The notes under the pieces are model-generated. The model worked only from the letters and a program-made list of their open reading frames with translations. It was not told the origin of the DNA and did not search any database. Positions 19,547 through 28,427 of a stretch of 64,000 nucleotides of DNA are shown here, in pieces. The first letter of the stretch is position 1; the number at the start of each line of letters is the position of its first letter. Made by a program: the position numbers and the translations under genes. Location of the stretch: NCBI GenBank assembly GCA_026397315.1, contig JAPLVC010000001.1:167742-231741 (forward strand), given 5' to 3'. This DNA comes from Candidatus Aenigmatarchaeota archaeon (GTDB lineage: Archaea > Aenigmatarchaeota > Aenigmatarchaeia > QMZP01 > QMZT01).

Positions 19547-19692
19547 TGAGCCCGGCGGGAATCGAACCCGCGACCCCCAGATGTCTTTCCGCACCTTGTT
19601 CTGTCATTGGCTTTCGCCAGAAAGCGATAACCTCAGCATACTTTTATCGAACAGATAAAAGTCTGGTGCTCTACCGATTGAGCTACAGGCCC
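19547..19692 (-). tRNA. tRNA-Lys(TTT) with 73-nt intron at 37/38 (intron 19583-19655)
   Basis: Acceptor GGGCCTG/CGGGCTC-A; D arm GCTC/GAGC; anticodon stem CCAGA/TCTGG with CT-TTT-A; T arm GCGGG-TTCGATT-CCCGC; BHB central helix CTTT/AAAG. Confidence 0.93.
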
Positions 19693-19781
19693 ACGCAGCG
19701 ACAGACGCAGTTTGCGACTGCGTCATACGCTTGCAGCGACAGACGACCTGAAATATAAATTCAAGTCGTCAATTGCTGCGA
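19693..19781. repeat. tRNA-Asp/tRNA-Lys spacer made of two hairpins and a 13-bp direct repeat GCAGCGACAGACG
   Basis: Repeat copies near 19695 and 19733; hairpins GACGCAGT/ACTGCGTC and GACGAC/GTCGTC. Confidence 0.8.
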
Positions 19782-19892
19782 CGCCCTGGCCGGGAGTTTC
19801 AGACGGACGCAGATAAAATCTGCGTCATGCGCCTTTGAACCCGGGTCCTCGAAGTGACAGTCCGAGATGATAGGCCACTACACTACCAGGGC
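19782..19892 (-). tRNA. tRNA-Asp(GTC) with 38-nt T-loop intron at 59/60 (intron 19796-19833)
   Basis: Acceptor GCCCTGG/CCAGGGC-G; anticodon arm TCGGA-CTGTCAC-TTCGA; T stem CCGGG/CCCGG interrupted after TTCAAA; central helix TTCA/TGAA. Confidence 0.92.
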
Positions 19893-19999
19893 AGAGTTTT
19901 CTGGTTGATAATATTTCTAATCACGTCCAATATTTATAAATCTGAAAAAAGGCAGGAAAAACACTAAACGGAAAAACGAAGCAAAAAAGATTAACAAGA

Positions 20000-20115
20000 G
20001 GTGAGCAGCTATCTGAGGTTCCCCCTTGTTCAGGAGTACTTTCCAGACCGTCGGAAAGTTTAACTTCCGTGTTCGAAATGGGAACGGGTGAACCTTTCCA
20101 CTTTGGCCGCTCAAT
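20000..20115 (-). rRNA. rrf: 5S ribosomal RNA, not linked to 16S/23S in this window
   Basis: Conserved core CACCCGTTCCCATTTCGAACACGGAAGTTAA; terminal helix TGAGCGGC/GCTGCTCA; ends approximate. Confidence 0.93.
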
Positions 20116-20133
20116 ACTTCTATTGCCGGCTAC

Positions 20134-20150
20134 TATTTAAAAGCTTTGCG
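20134..20150 (-). promoter_or_regulatory. BRE-TATA promoter of the 5S rRNA
   Basis: Minus strand CGCAAAG-CTTTTAAATA about 20-35 nt upstream of the 5S 5' end. Confidence 0.7.
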
Positions 20151-20172
20151 TCCTGAAAAAAATAGGCCCAGC

Positions 20173-20259
20173 CTAGAATTTAATCAATATGAGCATTATA
20201 GCCATAACTATGCCAGCCAGATAAATCCTGCGCTCGAGTCTTGCAAAGTTAATGCTCAT
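20173..20259 (-). CDS. Putative 28-aa single-TM microprotein
   Basis: Manual translation MSINFARLERRIYLAGIVMAIMLILIKF; basic N-part followed by a hydrophobic helix. Confidence 0.4.
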   Translation of the reverse strand: MSINFARLERRIYLAGIVMAIMLILIKF

Positions 20260-20364
20260 GTAAAATCACAAATGTGAAGTATACTATGAAGAGATAAGTT
20301 TTTAAACGTGTTTACCGCCCGGATCGTCCAAAAAACATGGTTTCAGTATTAAAAAAAAGAAGTA

Positions 20365-20558
20365 TCCCCCGGGTGAGATTTCCATACGCGAAAGCTGCTG
20401 GTTTTCGCTTAAGCCTTTTCAACAAAAGGCTTATTTTGAACTCACAACCTATCGGTTTCTGAAGCGACTGCGAATGACCAACACACTCGTAAAACCGAGT
20501 TTAAGTCACCGTGCGAGAGTCTACAGCCGATCGCTCCACCAGATTGAGCTACCGAGGG
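20365..20558 (-). tRNA. tRNA-Tyr(GTA) with two introns: 64 nt at 37/38 (20457-20520) and 56 nt at 59/60 (20379-20434)
   Basis: C1-G72 acceptor CCCTCGG/CCGGGGG with A73 (archaeal Tyr identity); anticodon stem ATCGG/CCGAT with CT-GTA-G; T stem GTGAG/CTCAC; followed by a T-run. Confidence 0.92.
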
Positions 20559-20774
20559 ATGCACGCAATACGCGTAATATTATATAAACGTCTCCAGAAT
20601 TTAAATATTGGCCAGACCACGGTCATTATCAGTCGGAGTATAAGAACGGTGGAATCCTTTATCTAAAAATGTTCTTTTTTAGTTTTTTGTTGTCTTTTTG
20701 AATAGCACTTGAACCATTAATTGCATTTTGTGTTTCGTGCGCCCATCTATCAGGTTATCAGATGCTTTATGATA

Positions 20775-23714
20775 TCAACATCCGGGTTTGCTGCCTTTTC
20801 CGAAGTCCTTGCCTATCGTGACCAGATCGAAAATGTTGACTCCCGAGTCATGGTTTATGTCAGCAGCCACGTTGAAGCCGGAAGTCAAACCGAAGTTTGT
20901 GGCGACAAGAACCGCATCGGAAATATCCACGCAGTGGTCCCCGGTCGTATCGCCGGAGCACAACGGGTCAGTGCCGTCGCAATTCTCGTCTGCGCTATTG
21001 TCGCATATTTCTGTTGTTGGGTTTATTGATCCTGTGCAGTTGCTCCATTGTCCTGCTACGCAGGTTTGGTTTCCTAGTTTGCAGATTCCTATGTTGTTTG
21101 TTCCGCATGTTTTTTTCTGCCCTGCTGTGCAGTTGCATGTAGAGCATAATGAAAGATTAACTCCATATGAATTTCCTTCAGGCAATACTATTGACAAATT
21201 GCCATAACTATTCGTAATGGCAGTTGTATTCAGAATTGAATTGATAAATAGATTATAAGTCCTGTCTGGAATAAGACCTGTTTTATTCATGATTGTTGGT
21301 TTATCCATCCTTTCTACGTAAAATGTCGTTTTAATATTAGACAGATTCTTTATTACAAACCAATTAGCAGATGCGTTAGAATAACAGTTTTGAGTTGGTG
21401 AGATAAATGTGTAGTTTGCAATTGTAATTTTTTGGTTGCAATAATGATATATGTTAAAATTTGATTTATTCATCACGTAGTATTTTGTGTTATTAATTGT
21501 TTTTACTAATTCTCGCATATACAATTCATTGCCCGAATAATTTAGATGCACAACATCATAAAGAAGCGAAGTATTCCCTCCCATCAAATACTGAATTTCC
21601 ATAAAGGGAATCTGATTGTCAATTGCGATTTGCCTTAAGCCAGCATCATATAATGATTGAATTGTGCGATTGTCATAATTTGTTATATATAATGTAGTTG
21701 TAGAAGTTATTAGAGTTGTGTTTAAAGCATTGTTTTTTATTCCCTCAAGTAATATCCTGGCATCTCTTGTGTACTCTGAAGCTGATACTCCCTTCGGAAT
21801 ATCATTTATGTTTGGGAGAACATACGCGAAGCGAGGATTGTACGAAACAACGTCATTCATATATCTATTTACAGCACTTGTAGCAGGATTTGGGCACGTG
21901 CTAGCTAAGCAAGACCCGTCTATCCCTTTATTCACGGAGGTTAGATTCCAAAATGAGTAATTTGTAGCTAATTCTAAAGCCGCAGGTGCGATGAAACTTC
22001 CACGAGGAAACCCCCTCATTACAGAATCACCAAGGCCAAGAAGAGTATTATTCCAAGAATTGACTGCGGGTGTCGTGCCGTTCACTGTTATATTAATGTT
22101 TGGAGTGAAGTCCCCGAACCATTCCACTCCCTCTTTAAGCATCCTCCATCTTAGTACATATGTTCCGAGCTTGGATGGAGCGATGATGGTGAACCTGAAC
22201 TCCTTGCTCGACCCGGGATTCACTATCTCACCCTGATTAAGAAATGCTCCGGAAATAACCCAAACGCTGTCATTCCCTGATTGAATCCCCAGACGATGAG
22301 AACTCGCCTTAGTCCATGCCGTCGTACCAGTATTATTCATGGTGACAGAGATATTATAATTTTTTCCAGCAGCCATCCTTGTTGGAATAGACTGTGAGAC
22401 GAACCGAGCATTATTCACAGGAGGCTGAGTCGTATTTTGATACTTGCAGCTTTGATTGCACAGCCCGGTTCCTGGTGCCTTGCCATTGCAGGATTGTGAT
22501 GCGTTGCAGGCGGAATCACAGAGGTTATTTCCAGAACCGCCAGGCCTTACTGTTAATGTACCATTGCATTTTGCTTGTTCCGCGTTTCTATAGCTGACTC
22601 CGTTCACCCCGCAGAATGGATTCGGGTCCTGGATGCTGCACATGACTTCTTTCCCCCAGGCTTTATGCTGGGCCAGCATATCAGGGACATGCAAGCCAAT
22701 TCCCAAGCACTTCATTGTGGTGGCTGAAAGATATGCATTATAAGCCGCGGCAGTAGAATATGTGAATCCTATCACTCCTACCACATCAGAATCAGATTTA
22801 GCCCAATCATAATACCATTGCTGCTGGCAAATGCTCGGTATCTGACTTATGCCCCAGCCTCCGCCATATTGATTGCACTTAAAATTCTGCGGTATCAAAA
22901 GTATTTTTTTGGAGGAATCAGAATGAACAACCCTATCAATCTCGGCCAATTGTTCCGCTGTACATCCATCGGGATAAGGCTCATCACAAGGGGCATATTG
23001 GATTATAGTGCCGCCGGATTTAACCCAATAAAAAACATCGTTCATTTGATCAAGGAAAGATTGTTTATTAGCGGCATTGCATGCGAAAGGGTTTGTATGC
23101 GAAGCTTCATAATCAGTGGTGAAAAAGTATGGGTCAAGGGCTATAAAGTCTAATTTTGGATTATTGAGAACTGATCTGCCGCCATCGCCGCCCCAAGCCA
23201 CATTAAAAACAATAAATGTCTCTATATTTGGAAAGTATTCTTTTGATAGATTGATAATCAAATCAACTCTTTCTGGATGATGTATAAACTCAAAATAATT
23301 ATACGTGTTTGGCTCATCCATCAAATAAAATGACCAGACTTTATCAGCATTAGCGCCAAGATTAGTCTTTATCTTATCGAGGCAGCTTCGCCACACACTT
23401 TCTGATTCCCAAAAATTATGTGCATAATAAGATGTAAGCGAAAGAATTATCTTATGACCATTATTATATGCAAAATTTATATTCGTGTCATAAGTCTTAT
23501 TGCTGGTATCACAGGAAGCACCAATAAAAACGATGTTCGTGAAGAGGGAGAGATTCGCCTCTTCTGCGGTGCCGGTCCTCACAGGGGCGCCATAAAATCC
23601 ATAATATTTTAAGTTGGTCGAAGAAGCTTGCGCGATTCCGATAGTATTTTCAAATAGACATGAAATGATTAAGACGACGGTAGTAATTACTAATAAGAGA
23701 ATGGGCCTCTTCAT
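20775..23714 (-). CDS. Secreted modular protein: glycoside-hydrolase-like domain, Ig-like (NBR1-type) domain, SGNH/GDSL esterase, Cys-rich module, C-terminal dockerin-like domain
   Basis: Signal peptide; FYLMDEP; NNARFVSQSIP...TMNNTGTTAW; GLGDSVMRG/NDI/DVVH; EICDNSADENCDG; twin Ca loops GDTTGDHCVDISD and ADINHDSGVNIFD. Alternative start 23729. Confidence 0.75.
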   Translation of the reverse strand: MKRPILLLVITTVVLIISCLFENTIGIAQASSTNLKYYGFYGAPVRTGTAEEANLSLFTNIVFIGASCDTSNKTYDTNINFAYNNGHKIILSLTSYYAHNFWESESVWRSCLDKIKTNLGANADKVWSFYLMDEPNTYNYFEFIHHPERVDLIINLSKEYFPNIETFIVFNVAWGGDGGRSVLNNPKLDFIALDPYFFTTDYEASHTNPFACNAANKQSFLDQMNDVFYWVKSGGTIIQYAPCDEPYPDGCTAEQLAEIDRVVHSDSSKKILLIPQNFKCNQYGGGWGISQIPSICQQQWYYDWAKSDSDVVGVIGFTYSTAAAYNAYLSATTMKCLGIGLHVPDMLAQHKAWGKEVMCSIQDPNPFCGVNGVSYRNAEQAKCNGTLTVRPGGSGNNLCDSACNASQSCNGKAPGTGLCNQSCKYQNTTQPPVNNARFVSQSIPTRMAAGKNYNISVTMNNTGTTAWTKASSHRLGIQSGNDSVWVISGAFLNQGEIVNPGSSKEFRFTIIAPSKLGTYVLRWRMLKEGVEWFGDFTPNINITVNGTTPAVNSWNNTLLGLGDSVMRGFPRGSFIAPAALELATNYSFWNLTSVNKGIDGSCLASTCPNPATSAVNRYMNDVVSYNPRFAYVLPNINDIPKGVSASEYTRDARILLEGIKNNALNTTLITSTTTLYITNYDNRTIQSLYDAGLRQIAIDNQIPFMEIQYLMGGNTSLLYDVVHLNYSGNELYMRELVKTINNTKYYVMNKSNFNIYHYCNQKITIANYTFISPTQNCYSNASANWFVIKNLSNIKTTFYVERMDKPTIMNKTGLIPDRTYNLFINSILNTTAITNSYGNLSIVLPEGNSYGVNLSLCSTCNCTAGQKKTCGTNNIGICKLGNQTCVAGQWSNCTGSINPTTEICDNSADENCDGTDPLCSGDTTGDHCVDISDAVLVATNFGLTSGFNVAADINHDSGVNIFDLVTIGKDFGKGSKPGC

Positions 23715-23873
23715 AAAAACAATAATCATAAATATTATATATAAAACAATAAATTTGCGTTAAGTCTATACAAGGTTGCCAAAAAATAATCGATTCTGGG
23801 AATTTAAAATAAAAGTATTGAAACAAAGTCCTGATTTATCCGTATTCGATTCTTAAAAAATTATTCGGCCGCT

Positions 23874-25235
23874 TTACTCCAGGATGACTTCACGAGAGAA
23901 GACTTTTGTCTTCCCTTCGCTTTCTTCCATGCCCGTCCTGTAGGAAATGTATGCCCTCGGCATCTTGAGCTGCGCCTCGACGAGCGGCTGAATCTTGTAT
24001 GAAAGGTAAATCTGGCTTCTCGGCTTCATGTCGCCGAGATTCCAAAAGAGCTCGGTCCCGTATTCCGTTTCCCTTATGACCGGCTTGGGCCCGCCAAACT
24101 CGGGAAGGACTTTGCCGAGCGCCGTTACCCTGTCCTTGACTATGACGTTCTTCAGGTCGCTCATGACAGGGCCCTTTATCTCGAGAACTATGATGTGTTC
24201 GTTCCTCTTTTTCACGTGGCTCTTCTTTATCGACGGCGCCCTGACCTTGACCGCGCCCATTCCCAGAAGAGCGACAAGGCAGAATATCATGATGAAGGAG
24301 CCGATGACGAAGGGTAGCCTGCTTATGTTGTATACGAATGAGACGCTCTTGCCAACTGCAAGACCCTCGACCCTCCAGTTGTAGCTGACGGCGCTGCCAT
24401 CTATGAGCGTGCTGGACGGTGTGTCGACAAAGCCAACATACTGGTTCGCCTGCACGCTGTCAGAAGCGACGTAGTCTTCAGGTGTGTTGCCTTCATTCGT
24501 GACTGTTATTATGACATCCTGTCCAAAAGGCGTGGAAACGACTTCCTTCTTGGTCACGACCTCGTGTATGGCAGTGACTGCGAACGAACTCTGCGCCTTC
24601 ACGCCGAATTCCGGCATGTCGACCTTGACTATGTAATTGCCGGCGAGAAGTTCGCCGAGTTCGAATGCCTGGGTGATGACCCCTATACCACTGACCTGCT
24701 TATTCATTTCAAAATGCTTTACAAGGTTGCCGCCGGCATCGAAAACATCGAAAGGTATTTTCACGGTCCTGCTGCTCTTGGACGTGACTTTCGCCTCCAC
24801 CAGAAGCTGGGTTCCAGTGATTTCGCTTTTCAGTTCCTTGACGTCGAACTCCTTTTCCGGAATAACTGTAAGCTCTATGGCTTTGGAGTCAATCCTTTCA
24901 GTGTGGTCTTTCGCATAAACAATGACGCTGTAGTCGTATTTCCCCTCGAGAGTCGGGTAGAAGAAAAGGCCTATGTCCTGGCTTTCGCCGCCGGCAATGG
25001 TCGTGAAATAGCCGCCCAGGTTAAGCCATTCGAGATGCGGGCCGGTGACCGTTATCACGAACTCCTCGGACATCGGGTAGTCATTATTTATCTGTATATT
25101 ATACCACCCGTTCTGTCCAGTCTCCACTTCGACTGAAGAAGGCGAGACGCTTATCTCGACGGCGCGCGCGGGACTTGCAAAAAATGCGAGCGAAAAAATT
25201 GACAAAACACAGACTAATAGGACTAGCTTTTTCAT
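23874..25235 (-). CDS. Membrane-anchored surface protein (Ig-like ectodomains, TM, cytoplasmic beta domain)
   Basis: Signal peptide ending ARA; beta-rich repeats; TM LPFVIGSFIMIFCLVALLG. Confidence 0.65.
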   Translation of the reverse strand: MKKLVLLVCVLSIFSLAFFASPARAVEISVSPSSVEVETGQNGWYNIQINNDYPMSEEFVITVTGPHLEWLNLGGYFTTIAGGESQDIGLFFYPTLEGKYDYSVIVYAKDHTERIDSKAIELTVIPEKEFDVKELKSEITGTQLLVEAKVTSKSSRTVKIPFDVFDAGGNLVKHFEMNKQVSGIGVITQAFELGELLAGNYIVKVDMPEFGVKAQSSFAVTAIHEVVTKKEVVSTPFGQDVIITVTNEGNTPEDYVASDSVQANQYVGFVDTPSSTLIDGSAVSYNWRVEGLAVGKSVSFVYNISRLPFVIGSFIMIFCLVALLGMGAVKVRAPSIKKSHVKKRNEHIIVLEIKGPVMSDLKNVIVKDRVTALGKVLPEFGGPKPVIRETEYGTELFWNLGDMKPRSQIYLSYKIQPLVEAQLKMPRAYISYRTGMEESEGKTKVFSREVILE

Positions 25236-25354
25236 ACTTCTTTATATCGCGTGCAGATTTAAATTATTTCATTGAGCCTGCCGCGACGGCGAATGCGGTT
25301 TTTTGGATTTTTTCATGAAAAAAATTATAAAAACAGCACTGACAATTAAGGATT

Positions 25355-26023
25355 ATGAAAGATGCGCTAGTCCTGCTGATAAATCTCAAGACGTATGACG
25401 AAGGCACGGGAGCGAACGCGCTGAAACTTGCGAAAGCCGCTTTCTCACTAGGGAAAGAAAAGGTAGAGATAATATTCGCAGCGCAGGCAACCGACATAAG
25501 AATGCTTTCGAAAGAAACGCACATTCCAATTTTCGCGCAGCACGTCGACTCGGTGAAGTTCGGCTCGAGCACGGGATGGATTCTGCCGGAAGCCGTAAAA
25601 TCCGCTGGAGCTAGCGGCACGCTGCTCAACCATTCCGAAAGGCGCATCGATTTCGAAACCGCGAAGCGCTCGCTAGCAAGATGCCGCGAACTGGGCCTGC
25701 GCGTGGTCATGTGCGCCGAGTCGCCTGAAAAAGCGCAAGAGCTCGCGTCGCTAAGGCCGGATTATATTGCAATAGAGCCGCCCGAACTCATAGGCGGCGA
25801 CATCTCGGTATCGAAGGCGAAACCAGAAGTTATAACTGAATCCGTGCAGAAAGTCCACGCGGTCGCGCACGTCCCTGTCCTCTGCGGCGCTGGCGTCAAG
25901 GATGGCGAAGACGTGCGCAAAGCGCTAGCGCTAGGCGCGAAGGGCATACTCGTCGCTTCCGGCGTCGTCAAAGCGAAAAACCCTGTGGAAGCGATAAAAA
26001 ATCTTCTGGTCGGGTTCGAATAA
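25355..26023 (+). CDS. tpiA: Triosephosphate isomerase, archaeal type
   Basis: INLKTY, AQHVD, LNHSERR, AIEPPELIG, LVASGVVKA. Confidence 0.97.
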   Translation: MKDALVLLINLKTYDEGTGANALKLAKAAFSLGKEKVEIIFAAQATDIRMLSKETHIPIFAQHVDSVKFGSSTGWILPEAVKSAGASGTLLNHSERRIDFETAKRSLARCRELGLRVVMCAESPEKAQELASLRPDYIAIEPPELIGGDISVSKAKPEVITESVQKVHAVAHVPVLCGAGVKDGEDVRKALALGAKGILVASGVVKAKNPVEAIKNLLVGFE

Positions 26024-26037
26024 GGAAATGAAGAAAT

Positions 26038-26541
26038 ATGTACAAGCATCATGTTTATTCTACATCCAGGATGAACTGGATAAAAAAGAGCAAGGCAAAA
26101 ACGTCAGGATGCCTTTTCTGCCGCGTCGCTAGAGACGACCCGCACGTCGAGAAGGAAATTATTTACAAGACAAAAGATATCATGGTCGCGATGAACATCT
26201 ATCCTTACAACACGGGACATCTGCAAGTCGTGCCATTAAGACACGTGGAAAAGTTCGAGGAGCTGAGCGAGAGCGAGATAGCGTCGCTTTTCGTCATGAC
26301 GCAGAAATGCGTGAAGCTTTTGAAAAAAGTCCTGAATCCCGACGGCTTCAACATCGGCATGAACATCGGAGGCGACGTCGCGGGCGCGTCTGTCATGCAT
26401 CTCCACGTCCACGTGGTCCCGCGCTTCGTCAGGGACAGTGGCTTCATGGAAGCCGCATGCGAAACTAAAGTCCTGCCGCAGACCGTCAGCCAAGTCGCAG
26501 AAAAACTAAAGAAGGAAGTTAAGATGCTAAAAAGTGAGTGA
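26038..26541 (+). CDS. HIT-family nucleotide hydrolase/phosphorylase
   Basis: CLFC, NIYPYNTGH, GFNIGMN, triad HLHVHVVPR. Confidence 0.93.
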   Translation: MYKHHVYSTSRMNWIKKSKAKTSGCLFCRVARDDPHVEKEIIYKTKDIMVAMNIYPYNTGHLQVVPLRHVEKFEELSESEIASLFVMTQKCVKLLKKVLNPDGFNIGMNIGGDVAGASVMHLHVHVVPRFVRDSGFMEAACETKVLPQTVSQVAEKLKKEVKMLKSE

Positions 26542-26542
26542 T

Positions 26543-27103
26543 TCATTCAAAGAAGCCGAGCTTGTTCATAATTTGTCTGACTTCCGGTGAAAATGAATCC
26601 AGATTGATGAAATTTTTGATTTTTATATGGCCACGGTTTCTCTCGGCAAAATCCATTAAACTTTCCATGAAATATGATGCTCCTTTTGCGAAATCTTTTC
26701 TGGCAACATCTGACGCAATTTCCTTCTCACGCCCCATGAAACTTTTCTCAAACAGCCTGTAAAGTCTGAAATTAGACAGCTTACCACCAACAGTCAGATA
26801 GCCTTTGTATTTGTCGTTTGTAATGTCTGGGTTGAGGAGATTTATGCGCAGTAATTTTTCTTCACCGTGTCTTATATCACTGCTTCTAACTAAATGCGCA
26901 GGTAAAAACGTACCTCTTTGAGTAAGCATACCATCTTCTATAGCGACATGAATACCTGACTCGCTGAAATCTATTCCTGTATTACTGGCTTCTCCGAAAG
27001 GTCTATATGCAATGGACGGAAATCCGTTTCGGTATGTTGTTTCTATTACAGAAACAGGAGCGAATTTAGCATCCTGAACGTAATTCTGGCTTGGCATAAA
27101 CAA
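26543..27103 (-). CDS. Hypothetical protein (AT-rich orphan)
   Basis: 186-aa ORF filling the gap between HIT and fbp; no motif recognised; start uncertain. Confidence 0.55.
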   Translation of the reverse strand: MFMPSQNYVQDAKFAPVSVIETTYRNGFPSIAYRPFGEASNTGIDFSESGIHVAIEDGMLTQRGTFLPAHLVRSSDIRHGEEKLLRINLLNPDITNDKYKGYLTVGGKLSNFRLYRLFEKSFMGREKEIASDVARKDFAKGASYFMESLMDFAERNRGHIKIKNFINLDSFSPEVRQIMNKLGFFE

Positions 27104-27207
27104 TCGCTGGAACCAAGCTTTTTAAAAGTATCGTTTTCACTACTTTTTGGTTCTCTATATATGTATATAATATATCCAACGCTCTTGGTGCTGAGGCGTT
27201 CAGGGTG

Positions 27208-28335
27208 CTATTTTCTGGTTTTCTTTGCTTTCTTTTCTCCCCTGACCACGAACTTCTTGTCCAGCTCATTCATTATCTCGACTATGCCGCCGTATTCCAG
27301 CTCGCTGTATGACAGCATCGCCGGGCCTGAGAACCCTTGCCTGCGGATTTCCAGCGCTTTCTTCGACACGCGCTTTCTCACGAAGTCCCAGAACGGATGG
27401 TCGAACGCGTCCGCCGCCTCGGTAAGCTTGCCGTTATGGACGCAGAAAGCCGCGCAGCTCACGATGGGCGGGCCGTCGAAGAACGAGATGGGTGAATTAA
27501 GCTTGACCGGCATGAGCGGGCCCGTGTGGGAACCGCGCATGAATCCCGCTACATAATGGCCTATTGCGAATGGCGACAGCACCTCGCCAGTCGCCGGGAA
27601 ATCTTTCTGCACGCGCACCAGCATGACGGGATCGTCCTTGCCCACGTATTTTCCCGCGATGTTGTGCAGGCGCGTCGTGCTCACGGAGGCGGCCTGATCC
27701 CTCGTCGCTCTCGAATGGATTGATTCGACGACGAACCTGCCGTTGTCGCGCAGCAGGGCCGCTATCTTATACATGTCTTCGGGCGTGTTGAGCTCGATGA
27801 CGCGGTCGCCTTTCGTGTTCTCGACGTCCATTATCGTGTACTTGAATCCCTTTCCAAGGCTGCTGCTCAAAAGAAGGCCTGCGCAGTGCATGGGATCCGT
27901 GAACGCTAGGTAAAGAGGCAGGTTGTACGCGCCGGGCTCAGTCTTGTCCGCGGCGAAGAAGAGGAACGCCTCGTTCGGCCTCTCTTCAATTTCGAGCTCC
28001 GCGACAGCCGGGCCCATGCCTTTCACGTTCCCTGAAAACGAGTCTTTAAGCAAATCCTGGCCGGCGCCGTAAAGGCCCTGATCTTTCGCGGTCTGAGTTC
28101 CCGCCTTGAAAGCGTCCCAGGCCAGCTTGTGTATTTTTTCGCTCTCGCACCCCAGCGCATGGGTCATGAGAATCGCTATGTCGTCTCCTGTGTAGCTTAT
28201 ATAATAATCCTTGAGCAGGTCCTTGCCATACTCTGCTATGAACTCGCGCACCGTATCGAGGACCCTGGCGCTCGGTTTTATGTGGCCCCCTATGCTGCCT
28301 ATGTCCGCCTTTATCACAGAAATCGTAACCTTCAT
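27208..28335 (-). CDS. fbp: Bifunctional fructose-1,6-bisphosphate aldolase/phosphatase
   Basis: SVIKADIGS, GLYGAGQDLLKD, ADKTEPGAYN, YVGKDDP, GFMRGSH; ATG 28335 after SD GAGGTG. Confidence 0.97.
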   Translation of the reverse strand: MKVTISVIKADIGSIGGHIKPSARVLDTVREFIAEYGKDLLKDYYISYTGDDIAILMTHALGCESEKIHKLAWDAFKAGTQTAKDQGLYGAGQDLLKDSFSGNVKGMGPAVAELEIEERPNEAFLFFAADKTEPGAYNLPLYLAFTDPMHCAGLLLSSSLGKGFKYTIMDVENTKGDRVIELNTPEDMYKIAALLRDNGRFVVESIHSRATRDQAASVSTTRLHNIAGKYVGKDDPVMLVRVQKDFPATGEVLSPFAIGHYVAGFMRGSHTGPLMPVKLNSPISFFDGPPIVSCAAFCVHNGKLTEAADAFDHPFWDFVRKRVSKKALEIRRQGFSGPAMLSYSELEYGGIVEIMNELDKKFVVRGEKKAKKTRK

Positions 28336-28427
28336 GCCAACACCTCTCTTAGATGAAACTGATACATGTAAAATACATTGATAATTTATTCTGAAAACAG
28401 AACAATAAAAAGTTTTGGATTCGCTGT

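Noticed and set aside
19583-19655. Box C/D guide RNA inside the tRNA-Lys intron
   Set aside because: Only one ATGCTGA/CTGA-like element; no complete C, D', C', D set.
19693-19781. Direct repeats resembling a mini-CRISPR
   Set aside because: Only two 13-bp copies; no regular repeat-spacer array and no cas genes in the window.
19400-20114. Short ORFs at 19400-19758 and 19917-20114
   Set aside because: They overlap tRNA-Lys and the 5S rRNA, which explain the sequence.
20560-23873. Integrated element at tRNA-Tyr
   Set aside because: No integrase and no duplicated tRNA end found; the AT-rich gene lies on the tRNA 5' side.
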